Shown: positions 11,458-59,383, numbered from the stretch's first letter. The stretch is DNA of 64,000 nucleotides from Octopus vulgaris (GCA_951406725.2 OX597820.1:107880001-107944000); one strand, 5' to 3'. Notes: generated by a model from the sequence alone, not told the origin. Made by a program: numbers and translations.

Positions 11458-12256
11458 CAGGGTTATTCAAAAAGAATGAACCAATTTCATTACACAATAT
11501 TTTAATAATGAAAAGCAATAAAAAAACTCCAGCTAAGACACAAGTATTTTACTCACAATCAACTTTTATTTCCTGTCTTAGAAGTGTTCAATGTAGCCAC
11601 TACCTGCAGTAAGGGCAAAATCAATGCAATAAGAGAATTCCTCCCAGATGCCTATCAACATATCACAATCCACAGAGTTGATTACTGTCGTTATTCGATG
11701 TTTAAGGTAACCGAGATTCCCCTTTGGTAAATGTGTCTCAGGACAAGGTTCATGGTCCCTTTTTCTTTCAAGGAAACACCATTACAGCACAAACCTATCT
11801 TGATATGCTCCAAAACTGGCCCTTCACTTAACTGTAAGCAGATTCACATGACTTCATTTTTCAACAAGATGGGGAACTGCCCCATTGGCACCTGGTGGTT
11901 TGAGTACCTCAGTGATGGATTGGTTGGAAAGGGGCCCAAGACCTTGTTCTTTGTGCTTGGCCTGCGAGATCCACACTGGGTGTGATTTTTTCTTACCCAC
12001 TAACCTCTATGACCTTAAACATTGAATAACAAGTGATTAACTCAGTGGATTATAATAGCTGATATGTGTCTGGAAGGAATTCTCTTATCGCATTGATGTT
12101 GTCTGTGCTGGAGGTGGTGGCCACATTAAACACTTGTAAGCCAGGAAATAAAAGTTGATTGTGAGTAAATACTTGTGACTTAGCTGGAGTTTTCTATTGC
12201 ATTTCTGTATTAAAATATTGCGTATGAAATCAGTTCATTCTTTTTGAATAACCCTG
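11458..12256. mobile_element. Tc1/mariner-superfamily foldback MITE with ~250 bp inverted arms and TA target duplication
   Basis: TA-CAGGGTTATTCAAAAAGAATGAAC ... GTTCATTCTTTTTGAATAACCCTG-TA; internal FQQDG and WPARS transposase relics. Confidence 0.85.
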
Positions 12257-13409
12257 TATATATGTAATAATTAATAATTACCTCCCCTTATATATTAATT
12301 CAATTTTACCTTTTATACTATTTTTGATGTCACAAGCAACTATCCCTTAAATAATATTATTTTCAGGGGCATAAGAGCCTTTTCACTTTTATAAACATAG
12401 TATCTTTGTTTTCTGTTAAATCTATTTAATTATATAATGCAGGAACTCTTTCTATTTTAAAATATCTGGTCAATCAAATTGTTTTGACTGTAGTTGATTG
12501 ATACCAATTTTCGTTAGGGATGAGAGAATTATAGTTTGTAAATGTATGTTTATATGTATTGTTTCGTACATCTAATTCTTGACTACATATATATATGTAC
12601 ATGTAACATATAGAAGGGTGCAAAAAGCTTTACGAAAAAATGTGTGTTAGGTATAATTATTAATATCTATATGTATATGTGTAGGTATATGAATGAGTAT
12701 GTGTGTATGCACATGTAAGCATTTTTATGTGAGTGTACTTTATACATACATATTTGTACCCATTGCTTGTGTACACATATTTTATGTGTGTGTATATTTA
12801 CAAATATGCATATATTGTTACTTAGATGTGTATATTTATGAATATATATATGCAATGTATTAAAAGACGACTGTTTTTTTTGACTGGGGTTAATATATGT
12901 TTTATCCATTTTTCACATTAATTTCCCTCAATTTTATAAACAAATTACAAAAGTATTCATTCATTTATTCCCTCAGTCATATGATACTATTATTTACTCT
13001 AACTCACCAACCTTTATTTACTTATTTACCAATTATTACCCTCATTCTATTCACTATCCATTATGCACTAAAACAACCTATAACCTCCTGGCCCAGGTTT
13101 ATACCAATATTAGCAACAAAATAATATTCAGTCTGTTGAGATGATTCGAAAACACAACACCTAATAACCTAACAGTATATCTTTACTACCCCTCTGATGA
13201 GATTTTGCCTAATACAATAATTTCATTATTGTAATTTAATCTTTAGGCTAAAGATTAGCAATAATAGCTATGTGTGTGAAATCTATAACTGTGAGTGTGT
13301 GTATACATGTGTCACTGTGTGGGATATGTGTTTGTGTGTCTTACTGTGTATGCATGCGTGTGCTTGCTTTAAAGTCTTTAAATTTCTTCTTTTAAATAAA
13401 AAAAATGTT

Positions 13410-13552
13410 TTTATTCTTACAAAATAACAAAATTACTTTTCGTGTTTTAAAATTTTATTTTCCAATTAAAATGATTGTATTCCAGAAACTTCCACAGTGA
13501 ATGTATTTAAGAAAATCTTTACTGGAGAAGAATAATCATAAAATAATTTATT
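13410..13552 (-). terminator. Candidate polyadenylation signals of zyg11
   Basis: Three AATAAA on the minus strand (13552-13547, 13459-13454, 13415-13410), 0.65-0.8 kb past the stop; AT-rich context, so chance hits are possible. Confidence 0.3.
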
Positions 13553-14210
13553 TAAAAAAAAAAGGGGAGGTGGAAAGATATTGAGGGCAAGGAAAAAAAA
13601 GGTGTTAAAACCAGTTTTAAAATAGAACCAGTTGTATTGTTGCAGTATATTTAGTAGTTGTGCAGTGTGTGTGTTTATGAGTCCAGTGTGTATATTGGTG
13701 CATGCAAAATCTGCTTGTGTGCACAAATGTTGATGGATGTGTGCTTACATACACTTGAATGTGTTTATGAAGATCATGTATGTAGGCATGTTCATATATG
13801 CATGCATCCTTTGTGTGTGCATTCATGCATAAGTATACATACATATATGCTTGCTGATGTACAAGTACATATGGCATGTATGTCGGTGTGCATGTATCAT
13901 TGTGCATGCATAACTGAATGACTGAGTCTGTATGTAGGTTAATGAGTGTATGCATGTGTGCTGCTTTCATGTGTATCTGCATGTATGCAAATGAGTAAAT
14001 GTGTGTATGAGTGTATACGTGCATCCCTGCTCTAATTTCAGTATTGTATATATGTAAATTTGGGAGTAGGAGAAGATGGGTGAGAAGTGGGCTAGGACAT
14101 GGAACAATACGGTGTGGGAAGGGGGAAATGGTGGTGTGTTAGTTACCATAAGACAGTAGAGTCTGGGGCATGGTGGTCAATGAAGTGCCACCCCTGGAAG
14201 TGAGTCCATC

Positions 14211-47281
<33,071 letters not shown>

Positions 47282-47364
47282 CTGGAAAAAATAAAAGCAT
47301 CAATTCATAATGATGGTTTAACATTTTAGGTATAAGGCCAGCAAGTTTGACTTAACTGAAACTT

Positions 47365-47495
47365 ATTTTATAGACTCTGAAAAGATGAAAAGCAAAATTT
47401 ACTTTAGTGGAATTTGAACTCAGAACATAAAGGTGGATGAAATGCCACTAAGCATTTTGCCTGGCATGCTTACGATTCTGCCAACCTGCTACCTT
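47365..47495 (-). mobile_element. SINE fragment (3658-3862 family)
   Basis: gaatttgaactcagaac...aagcattttgcctggcatgct...ttctgccaacctgctacc. Confidence 0.7.
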
Positions 47496-47774
47496 ACATC
47501 TATTCTTAACAGTGTAAAGAAAATGTTGAAGAAAAAGCACAGAGAATGTGGTTTTTGTAACATCATAAATTCACTGAGCTGAAAATAAGTGCTTAGCAGT
47601 AAAAGTAAGCATTCAGTTGTGAAAACAACTACTTTATACACCAATAAAAAGACCCTTCCAAATAATGGTAGCCTGTCAATAAATGAAACTGAACATTATG
47701 ATACACATACATACATACGATGATGATTCACACACACACACATACACACACACACACACACTCTCTCTCTACTG

Positions 47775-48790
47775 CAACATATCATCAGATGAAAGGATGA
47801 CCACATATGAACAGAAGACTATGCATGGTTATGTTAGTAGAAAGATCCAAGATGTTAGTAACATTGATCATCAAAGTAGTCTATCATGGACCAATAACCG
47901 GATTACTACCTCCCACTTTGAAGGGTATGCATTTGCAATCCAGGAACAGAAAATATCAACCAAATACTTGATGCACAAAAGGGACAGGGATGCATAAAAA
48001 GCAGTAAAATGTGACAACCGATGTAGACTTTGTGGTGTGAACACCAAAGATATCACCCACATCATAAGCAGTTGTCTGAAAATGTCATCACAGTATTATC
48101 TACCAATGAGACATGATGTTGTAGCTAGGACACTCTATAATGAAATCCATCGGAAAGGTAACCCAAAGACAAAGATGTAAGAACCCACAGTATGGTAGAA
48201 GGTATAATAAAAAGGAGTACAGCGGAATGTCCCAGTGAAAACCTCAGTAAAATGTAAGCACAACAAATCTGACATAATGATTTGGAAAAGAGAAGAGAAA
48301 CTGTAAAGTTGTGGAAATCAGCTGCCCAGCGTATGTTAACATAAAGCTGAAGATCAGTGAAAAAGAGAATACCTGTGCTGAACCATTGAGAAATCTGTAG
48401 TTACTCTATCCAGATTACAAGTTCCAGTTTATACCTGTAATTATTGGGCCCCTGTAATATGTAACACACTACTTAAATACCAATCTTGAGAAATTAGGCT
48501 TCTCAAAACCAGAAAGGAGAAAGCTAATTTAAAGACTACAGATCCAATCCATCACTGGAACTGTAAAAATCTGTAAAATTTTCCACAAGTTTATCATTTA
48601 AGTATATGTCTAGATATGCAAATAAATGCATGAGAATACATACATAAAACAAAACAAACAAACAAACATACATATACACACACACACATACATACATACA
48701 TACATATATACCCTGTTGCTGATGTCGAAACTCCAATGAAGGAGCCTTGGATCTAGGTTAGAAACTGGTGCTTTCTCTATTGGCAAGAAA
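47775..48790 (+). mobile_element. R4/Dong-like RLE non-LTR retrotransposon, 3' portion
   Basis: MHG...EGYAFAIQEQKISTKY...CRLC...HIISSC...YLPMRHDVVA...HNKSDIMIW...VEISCP...IPVIIG; sits next to (CA)n. Confidence 0.85.
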
Positions 48791-49814
48791 TTTAGTATAT
48801 ATAAATCACAGCATGCGTGTGTATATTGACTAGCACATACATTTCCACAATTCTCAACCGATTTTCACCAAACTTTACACGCACATAACTTATGTGCCAA
48901 GGATGGTCATGCGCTATAGCATTTTCCTCAGAGCTCCCACATAAGTGGACAAACCGGGAAAAATGGTGGTTTACACGGATTTTTCTCGTATGTACATAAT
49001 TTTTTCTATATAGGGTTTTCCATACTTTTTAAATTTAAATGGTCATATATTGGCATTAGAGAATACCTTTTAGAGGTTTTCACATTTTTTGATTTATCAT
49101 TTATTTATATGTTGTAATTGTATATTATTAAATATTATAAAAGTGAAAGGATTTTGTCTGTATATCTATTTCGACTGTTCACCTGCATCAGTAATTAAAT
49201 TAACTAGGAACACTGTACACAATGAATATCCAATAACAAACAATCTTAATCTCCATATTTAAACTGTATTGATGAGTTTCTTGAAAAGTGATGCTCCCTT
49301 CTCTTTCTTATATTTGTTGATACCTTTGTTTACATACCAATGCATTGTTTCACTTTAAGGATGCTTATTTACCCATCCATTATGATATTTCAAACATGAC
49401 CTCTTTTCACTGTGAACTGCTAGAGATTCAAAGCAATATTCGTGAACTGAAGTGAAACTCTTCATGTCTTCCTTTTTTTGTTACCTGAAGTCAATTTCAG
49501 AGTGATTGAACACTGGAAGCTCGTAGCAAATACACTCCACTTTATCAAGTAGGTATTATATTGCCATTTTTTAATGTACCAACCATACTTCTCTCCGAAA
49601 AAATAGCTCCCTTTGCTTTTGCATAAAATAAACTCACAGAGGGGAATTTTCAACATCTTCCTTCAATTTTCTTACACCATTTATGTGGCTGTTTCTGACA
49701 AGAAGTTTTGCTTACATGTAAAACAACTATATTTTGTAGTCATTGTCTGTAATCTACTCCCAAAACACTTCAGTAGCTCTACTTTACATCGCTTGCAAAC
49801 TTATATGTTCTATG

Positions 49815-50750
49815 CATACCTGCAGCAGGAGTTGGACTCAATCAACAGATGGGCTAAGGATAATAATATGCAGTTTAATGCTGAAAAGTTCCAGGCCCTG
49901 CGCTACCAGCATCCAAAACTGAATATTAAACTTACAGGATACACCGTTCCACAGGGAATTTCAATCCCAGAGCCTAAGTCTGTGAGGGACCTGGGTATCG
50001 ACATGAGTGATGATACCTCTTTCCAAGTGCACGTTACCAGGATGGCGACAAAGTGCAGACGACTGGCTGGATGGATCTTAAGAACATTCAGAACCAGAGA
50101 TAAGGAAACCATGATGGTCCTCTGGCAGACATTCGTCCTCAGCCGCCTGGATTACTGCTCACAGCTATGGTCACCCACCAGTGTGAAATTAACAGCGGAC
50201 CTTGAAGCAATCCAGAGAAGATTCACAAACCAGATCGTCTCTTTGCAACAGCTCAGCTACTGGAAAAGGTTGAAACAACTAAGACTCTACTCCCTGGAGA
50301 GAAGACGGGAGAGGTATGCAGTAATGTATATCTGGAAGATCCTGGGAGGAATTGTGCCAAATTTTGGCATTCTAAGCTACACCAATGCTAGAACAAGACG
50401 ACACTGCATAGTGCCAAAGATCCCAGCAATGCCATCACGTTTCAGGACCAGCAACTGCAACAGCCTGGCTTTCAAGAGCCCACAGCTTTTTAATAGTCTC
50501 CCAAAGAGTCTGAGGAACTTGCACAAAGTAGATGTAGCGGTTTCTAAATCAAAGCTGGACATCTTCCTGTCGAGAGTCCCAGATGAACCTACCTCACGGC
50601 AAGAAGTGCAAATGAGGGTAGTTATATCAAACTCCATTCTTCACCAAGTGCCACATGTTAGAGGAGGCTCTTAGTAATAACAGTGTAGCACAAAACGGCG
50701 GTGCATCAGCATGGCCGCAGCTTTGAGCTGAAACGAGAAAAATGAAAAAC
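49815..50750 (+). mobile_element. CR1/L2-like LINE, 5'-truncated 3' portion
   Basis: LQQELDSINRWAKDNNMQFNAEK...VRDLGI...SRLDYCSQLWSP...LYSLERRRER; stem-loop tail CAGCTTTGAGCTGAAAC. Confidence 0.92.
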
Positions 50751-50751
50751 G

Positions 50752-51064
50752 AATATATATATATATATATGTATGTATATGTCATATATATATATATGCG
50801 TGTGTGCGTGTGTATGTATACATCATATATATATATATATATATGATATAATATATATATGTATATATATGTGTGTGTATGTGTATGTATACATCATATA
50901 TATATATATATGATATATATATATATGTATATATATATGTATATATCATATATATATATATATGATATATACATATACATATCATATATATATATATAAC
51001 ACATACATATACATATCATATATATATATATATAACACATACATATATGTATATATATATACAT

Positions 51065-51140
<76 letters not shown>

Positions 51141-51217
51141 CACCATATATATATGATTTATTCATATATATATATATACATATGATATATTCATATATAT
51201 GTATATACATATATATA

Positions 51218-51276
<59 letters not shown>

Positions 51277-51295
51277 ATATATATATATAATATAA
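50752..51295. repeat. (TA)n-rich microsatellite
   Basis: Directly visible. Confidence 0.95.
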
Positions 51296-51506
51296 TAAAT
51301 ATAAGAGAGTGGTCACTATATTGATCACTCTAGCACCAGTTAATCCAAAAGGTTTCAACCACGAAAATACATGTTTCCCATGAAAGCCAGTACGACTGTT
51401 AGCTCACACGGACAGGGCAAATAAAAAATAACAAAAATACAGATTATTTTGGGACAATTGTTTCGCTATTAATGAATTAAATGTAATATTACTTACAATA
51501 ATCCAT

Positions 51507-52139
<633 letters not shown>

Positions 52140-52140
<1 letters not shown>

Positions 52141-52952
52141 AAGAAAGTTGGTTTGTGAAAGCACGTGGTTGAATATATAGAAAATAGTAAAAAGTGAAAA
52201 AACTACAGAAGGCTTAAATGTTAAAAAATATATATTTGCGTCAATATGTCTGAAGAATATTAAAAAATCTTTTTCTCTTATAATGACATAGTTTTGAAGA
52301 AAGACCGGTTTCGCATTTAGCTTTTCAAATTTCTTACGACGTTATGTTTATGTTGAATAGAGTTATCGTTATGTTTATGTTCAAAAGAGTTCTAAATAAG
52401 GGGAGGTAATGAGTGATTTCTTCCGGTGTAAGGGAGATAATCGCTTAAAAATGTTTTCCTTTGCCTTGGTGTGAATTTCTCTGTATCAGTATGTTGGGAT
52501 GGTTAAGTCTAGGCTTGTACTTTTCAATGAAGAATGTTTCCTTGTTTAGTCTAATTTGTGTTGATGATCCGATAGCACATTGGTAAAATGGAAAGATTAA
52601 AAATTGTGGTAGTAGTTGCTTTGCGCATTTCTCAATGTGCTCACTAAAAGGTATCATTCTGTATTCTGGGAATGCAATCTGTTGTCGATGCAGTGTGCAT
52701 CTACGTCTGAGTGATAGTCCCGTGGATCCCACGTAGTCTTGGTGGCAGCCCGAGCATTTTATGACATAAATTATGTTTTCAGAGGCACAAGTAAAGTTAG
52801 ATTTGATCTTGAATTTCTGTCCCTCTTTAAAGAGGAATTCTGATCCTTCTAGCAGGTTTGGACATGTTGCACAGTTCGATCTACCACATTTTTTTACTTT
52901 TGCATCCGTAATTTCAGAAGACAATTTTGCCTTTGTGAGAATCTTTTTAAGT
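52140..52952 (-). mobile_element. Penelope-like element 3' portion: GIY-YIG endonuclease plus pLTR region
   Basis: [10 protein letters not shown]...[25 protein letters not shown]...LRRR...H...E...LN; uninterrupted over 159 aa; hammerhead ~110 nt past the stop. Confidence 0.92.
52297..52335 (-). ncRNA. Minimal hammerhead ribozyme motif, U3-A8 variant, in the Penelope pLTR region
   Basis: aagaaa t-TTGAAAA-gc taaat gc-GAAAC CG GTC-tttctt. Confidence 0.6.
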
Positions 52953-53181
52953 GATATATATATATGTGTGTATATATATCATATATATATGTGTGTATAT
53001 ATATCATATATATATGTGTGTATATATATCATATATATATATATATGTATGTATATATCATATATATATATATGTATGTATATATCATATATATATATGT
53101 ATGTATATATCATATATATATGTATGTATATATCATATATATATATGTATGTATATATCATATATATATATGTATGTATAT

Positions 53182-53260
<79 letters not shown>

Positions 53261-53269
53261 TATATATAT

Positions 53270-53334
<65 letters not shown>

Positions 53335-53335
53335 C

Positions 53336-53367
<32 letters not shown>

Positions 53368-53376
53368 GTATATATC

Positions 53377-53408
<32 letters not shown>

Positions 53409-53419
53409 CATATATATAT
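52953..53419. repeat. Compound (TA)n/TATC/TATG microsatellite
   Basis: Directly visible. Confidence 0.95.
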
Positions 53420-54484
53420 TGTTACGCCGCCCGCTCAAGCCCTAGGCCTTCTGATGCCACCACAGGCCCTCAGTCCGGGAACAGTCCACTTGCGGCGGCG
53501 CTCAGCACTCAGTCAAACGGAAGCTCACGACGGAAACAGGGCAAAAGCGAACGCAAGCCAGAAACCGACCAAACAACAACAAAAGAGAAAGAGAGACACT
53601 GGAGGTTGCTTAATTTAACAATTTTTAACTTCACAAAATCAAAATATTTTAAAACAAAAGCATTTAACTACAAAGGTTAAGAAACATTTGACAGATCATA
53701 CACAGAATTCGAATAACAATCAAATTGCATTTGAACATAATACAACTGTTCGATTTTTCTAAACAAATCAATTAACATGCAACACAATACAGAATCTGAT
53801 AACAATCAGTTAATGTTCAGAGTTCGATCCTTCAAAACAAATACTCTTTCTTTTTCTTTTAAAAACACATCTTACAGTTCTTTTTCTCTTTCTTTTCTCT
53901 TCCTTCTAACACAATGTTCTTTTTCTTCTAACACAGAGAGTTCGTTCTCAAGGATTTCTTTTCTCTCTCTTCTTCTAACACATTTTAAAACAAATTCAAA
54001 TATAAATAAACATTACCGGCAACATTTTCTGAACCTCACAACTCCTACTACAAATCGTCATCTCTGTCACTGACCGTCTCTCGTCCTCATCATCTCCAAC
54101 TACACCTGTCTGTCTCTGGCCGTCATCATCTCTAACTCACCGACTGTCTTCCTTGCTTTGCCGTTGCCTCTCGCCATCTCCACCATCTCCCTTGTCCGCT
54201 CCACTCACATCTCTGGCTAGCTGTCACGCATCGACTGACTGTCTCTTCCCAACTGAACTCCTACCACCAATGTCCGTCGCCTTTTTAAAGGGTGGCATTT
54301 TTATTTTTTTATCAACTCTCCATGACCATGTTGGGATCAAATTTCACTTCCTAAGCTCATTAGTTACCGTGGTCGTTGACAGGACAAAGAAGATTCCATC
54401 ATCCTGAACAACTCGAGCGCCGGTTCAACTCCAACCAACGGAACAAGGGGCACAATGTTTTTCTGTTTATTTACCTCCGTAACA
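53420..54484. mobile_element. Probable solo LTR (1065 bp)
   Basis: TGTTACG...CGTAACA inverted termini, ATAT on both sides, inserted in (TA)n, no coding remnant. Confidence 0.7.
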
Positions 54485-54524
54485 ATATATATATGTATGT
54501 ATATATCATATATATATATATATG

Positions 54525-55318
<794 letters not shown>

Positions 55319-55322
55319 TATA

Positions 55323-56801
55323 CTAGCAGTATCGCCCGGCGTTGCTCGGGTTTGTAAGGGAAATAACTATATAAGCATTTTTAGAGAGTTATAGCCAAAA
55401 AATAGCAAAAAATGCATTAAAAATGGAAAAAATATGATGGTAAATTTTTTTTTAAATCGTTGACTCATCGTAGACATTTTTAGAGAGTTACTTCCCTTAT
55501 ATAATAGCGAAAAAATGCATTAAAATGGAAAAAAAACGATGGTAAATTTTTTTTTAAATCGTAGACTCATGTAGACGCTTTCTTAGCCATTTCTGTTTTG
55601 GTGTCTTCAAGCCATGAAGTCGTTGTTCTAAAAGAACGCTGGTCTCCTTGACAACGCATTACAACGTTGATTTCCTTACACTCCCTTCCCCACAGGTGCA
55701 GGTGTGAGCGTGGACGCCAACTCCGCCGCCATCGACACACGAAAAATTATGCATTAAAATGGAATAAAAAATGATGTTAAATTATTTTTAAAATCGTAGA
55801 CTCATGCTAATACTCAGACGGGCTCGATATGAATCACGACTATAAGCTACCCGAATTTGGTTAAACTGCACCGCAAAATGTGGGAGTAGTTAGGAATCTA
55901 AATCGAAGGGGACAGACACTCACACAACTACAGTTTTATATATATAGATATACATAGCGCAGTAGTGGTGAGATGTGACAGCAAAGAAAAGCATACATTC
56001 ACTCTCTGCATGCAATTAGACTCGGAAAGTTCGTGAGGAACCCATTGACCCAATTTGCTGACTTTTCCGATAGCACACAGGTCTCAATGAATGGTTGAAT
56101 GACCAAATCCAAGCTTCTCTGCTAGTTCCTCAACAGTTACGATGAGATTTTGTTCCACCAGGGTTTTCAGGATGTCCTTGTCGAGTTCTACAGATCTTTC
56201 AGGATGAGGCTCGTATGTATGTATATGTATGTATGTATGTGTGTATGTATGTATGTGTGTGTGTATGTATGTATGTGCGTGTGTATGTGTGTGTATGTAT
56301 GTATGTATGTTTGTATGTATGTATGAGTGTATGTTTACTTTATTACTAACACAAGCCACTACAGTTATTTAATGTAAAGTCTTCCTCAAATCACTCTCTT
56401 TGGCTATTTACTCTCTTCCAAGAACATTTTCACTCACTCTTATGTGTTAGCTTCCCATACATTTAACTCATGTATCTATCAGCGTCATAGTCGTCATCGC
56501 ATTCTATTGTCTACCTGTCAACACACTGAATTAGTTTCACTTTATTCGTAGCACACTGTGTGTGTGCGTTTGCGTGTGGTGTAAACCAGACTAAGAAAAG
56601 CATTTGACACACACACCAGAATGTGAGTTTTCTGTAAATTTTGCTTAATTGGAGTTTAAATTTTAAAAACTGGACCTGGCATGACGCGATGCATTCTACT
56701 CTCAAAATTGCTAGGTAAATTGTAATTGAAGAAATCCTATATTGTAGATTTCTATAACTCCCAAAGGGAGGCAGATAAAATCTGCCTTTTATAATAAGAG
56801 A
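55323..56801 (-). mobile_element. Chimeric Helitron copy 1 (B 5' end, mariner fragment, type A unit 55323-55948)
   Basis: A|TCTCTTATTATAAAAGG 5' end; hairpin and CTAG|T 3' end; near-identical to 56843-58960 but internally deleted. Confidence 0.75.
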
Positions 56802-56842
56802 TACATAGCCTTTTATAATAAGAGATATATATATATATATAT

Positions 56843-58217
56843 CTAGCAGTATCGCCCGGCGTTGCTCGGGTTTGTAAGGGAAATAACTATATAAGCATTT
56901 TTAGAGAGTTATAGCCAAAAAATAGCAAAAAATGCATTAAAAATGGAAAAAATATGATGGTAAATTTTTTTTTAAATCGTTGACTCATCGTAGACATTTT
57001 TAGAGAGTTACTTCCCTTATATAATAGCGAAAAAATGCATTAAAATGGAAAAAAAACGATGGTAAATTTTTTTAAAATCGTAGACTCATGTAGACGCTTT
57101 CTTAGCCATTTCTGTTTTGGTGTCTTCAAGCCATGAAGTCGTTGTTCTAAAAGAACGCTGGTCTCCTTGACAACGCATTACGACGTTGATTTCCTTACAC
57201 TCCCTTCCCCACAGGTGCAGGTGTGAGCGTGGACGCCAACTCCGCCGCCATCGACACACGAAAAATTATGCATTAAAATGGAATAAAAAAATGATGTTAA
57301 ATTATTTTTAAAATCGTAGACTCATCGTTGACGCGCGCTAATAGTCAGACGGGCTCGATATGAATCACGACTATAAGCTACCCGAATTTGGTTAAACTGC
57401 ACTGCAAAATGTGGGAGTAGTTAGGAATCTAAATCGAAGGGGACAGACACTCACACAACTACAGTTTTATATATATAGATATACATAGCGCAGTAGTGGT
57501 GAGATGTGACAGCAAAGAAAAGCATACATTCACTCTCTGCATGCAATTAGACTCGGAAAGTTCGTGAGGAACCCATTGACCCAATTTGCTGACTTTTCCG
57601 ATAGCACACAGGTCTCAATGAATGGTTGAATGACCAAATCCAAGCTTCTCTGCTAGTTCCTCAACAGTTACGATGAGATTTTGTTCCACCAGGGTTTTCA
57701 GGATGTCCTTGTCGAGTTCTACAGATCTTTCAGGATGAGGCTCGTCTTCTAGGCTGTAGTTTATGGCTCGGAATTTCTGGAACCACCATTGACACTGCCT
57801 TACGCTTATTGTCCAATCCCCATATACTGCATTAATATTTCTTGTACTTTCCGTTGCGTTGTTGTCTTTATTGAACTCATAAAGCAAAATATGCCAAATA
57901 TGCTCCTTTGTTACTTCCAATATAGCTTTGAAAAAAATAGCTGTTAAAATCGAAATGCACTCTTCAAAACTTGCACTATGAATAAGGACAAGATAAAATT
58001 ACTACCTGCTTTTATAGCAAGTTAATATAAGTAGTTTATCCCATTCCCCTCTGAGATTTAGTTCAAGCTGTTGAAAAAACCGCATTATTATATATATATA
58101 TATACATACATACATACATACATATACACACACACTCTCTCTCTCTCACACATGCACACATTTATATTCTGTTATTGTTTTATACGTTTCAGCCTTGAGG
58201 TTGTGGCCATGCTGGAT

Positions 58218-58263
<46 letters not shown>

Positions 58264-58960
58264 TATCTGTCTGTCTCTCTGTATGTATATATGTATATGT
58301 ATGTGTGTGAACAATAATATTTTCAACAGATGTGTTGCAGATGTATCTGATTGTTCTCAAGCTTCAATACTGTGTGTGTGTGTATGTGTGTGTGTGTGTA
58401 TGTATGTATGTATATGTATGTATGTATATGTATGTATGTATGTATGTGTGTATGTATGTGTGTGTATGTATGTATGTGTGTGTGTATGTGTGTGTATGTA
58501 TGTATGTATGTATGTATGTATGTATGTATGTATGAGTGTATGTTTACTTTATTACTCTCTGGCTATTTACTCTCTTCCAAGAACATTTTCACTCACTCTT
58601 ATGTGTTAGCTTCCCATACATTTTACTCATGTATCTATCAGCGTCATAGTCGTCATCGCATTCTATTGTCTACCTGTCAACACACTGAATTAGTTTCACT
58701 TTATTCGTAGCACACTGTGTGTGTGCGTTTGCGTGTGGTGTAAACCAGACTAAGAAAAGCATTTGACACACACACCAGAATGTGAGTTTTCTGTAAATTT
58801 TGCTTAATTGGAGTTTAAATTTTAAAAACTGGACCTGGCATGACGCGATGCATTGTACTCTTAAAACTGCTAGGTAAATTGTAATTGAAGAAATCCTATA
58901 TTGTAGATTTGTATAACTCCCAAAGGGAGGCAGATAAAATCTGCCTTTTATAATAAGAGA
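56843..58960 (-). mobile_element. Chimeric Helitron copy 2 (B 5' end, mariner 5' fragment, type A unit 56843-57479)
   Basis: Same termini as copy 1, arranged head-to-tail with it. Confidence 0.75.
57487..58088 (-). mobile_element. Mariner transposase 5' fragment (partial duplicate at 55956-56213)
   Basis: MEVTKEHIWHILLYEF...WFQKFR...LEDEP...GQWVPHEL. Confidence 0.9.
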
Positions 58961-58991
58961 TATATATGCATGTATATATATGCATGCATAT

Positions 58992-59032
<41 letters not shown>

Positions 59033-59079
59033 GCCATGATAGATCGTTAGCCACTACACACACTTTTTTTTCTGTGTAC

Positions 59080-59115
59080 CTTTCTGTAGAAGAGCGTAGG
59101 CTCGAAACGTAAAAG
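59080..59115 (+). ncRNA. Ultra-minimal hammerhead-like motif
   Basis: cttt-CTGTAGA-A-gagc gtag gctc-GAAAC GTA-aaag; both stems perfect, core differs from CUGANGA. Confidence 0.45.
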
Positions 59116-59383
59116 ACTTTTTCTATTCCTGAGCGCTATACTAATACATCTGTTTGTTTTGTACACCACCTGCCTTCGTCGTTTGTTTATTTTCGTAAAC
59201 TTTCCCTTTATACATATATTTTTTATTTAATTTATTTTTATTTATCTAGTTTCAGCTCACGAGTTGTGACCATGCTGGGGCACCGCCATTTGGTGCATGA
59301 GAGAGTTCAATGCAGCTGCCCTCATCTGCACCTCCTGCCGTGAAGTTGGTTCATCTGGGACATATATATATGTGTGTATATAT

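Noticed and set aside
13185-13295. Hammerhead starting at CTGATGA (13194)
   Set aside because: No GAAAC...NUH with a matching stem I could be found downstream.
48725-48780. Hammerhead-like motif in the R4/Dong 3' region
   Set aside because: There is a stem followed by GAAACTGGT, but no CUGANGA or UUGANAA core and no convincing stem I.
49613-49815. N-terminal extension of the 353 aa ORF as a host-LINE fusion
   Set aside because: It is a chance open frame with a non-ATG start upstream of the LINE truncation point, antisense to zyg11.
55323-58960. Pure assembly artefact for the duplicated block
   Set aside because: The copies differ by several substitutions, short indels and a large internal deletion, and their boundaries coincide with Helitron termini; haplotype duplication cannot be fully excluded without reads.
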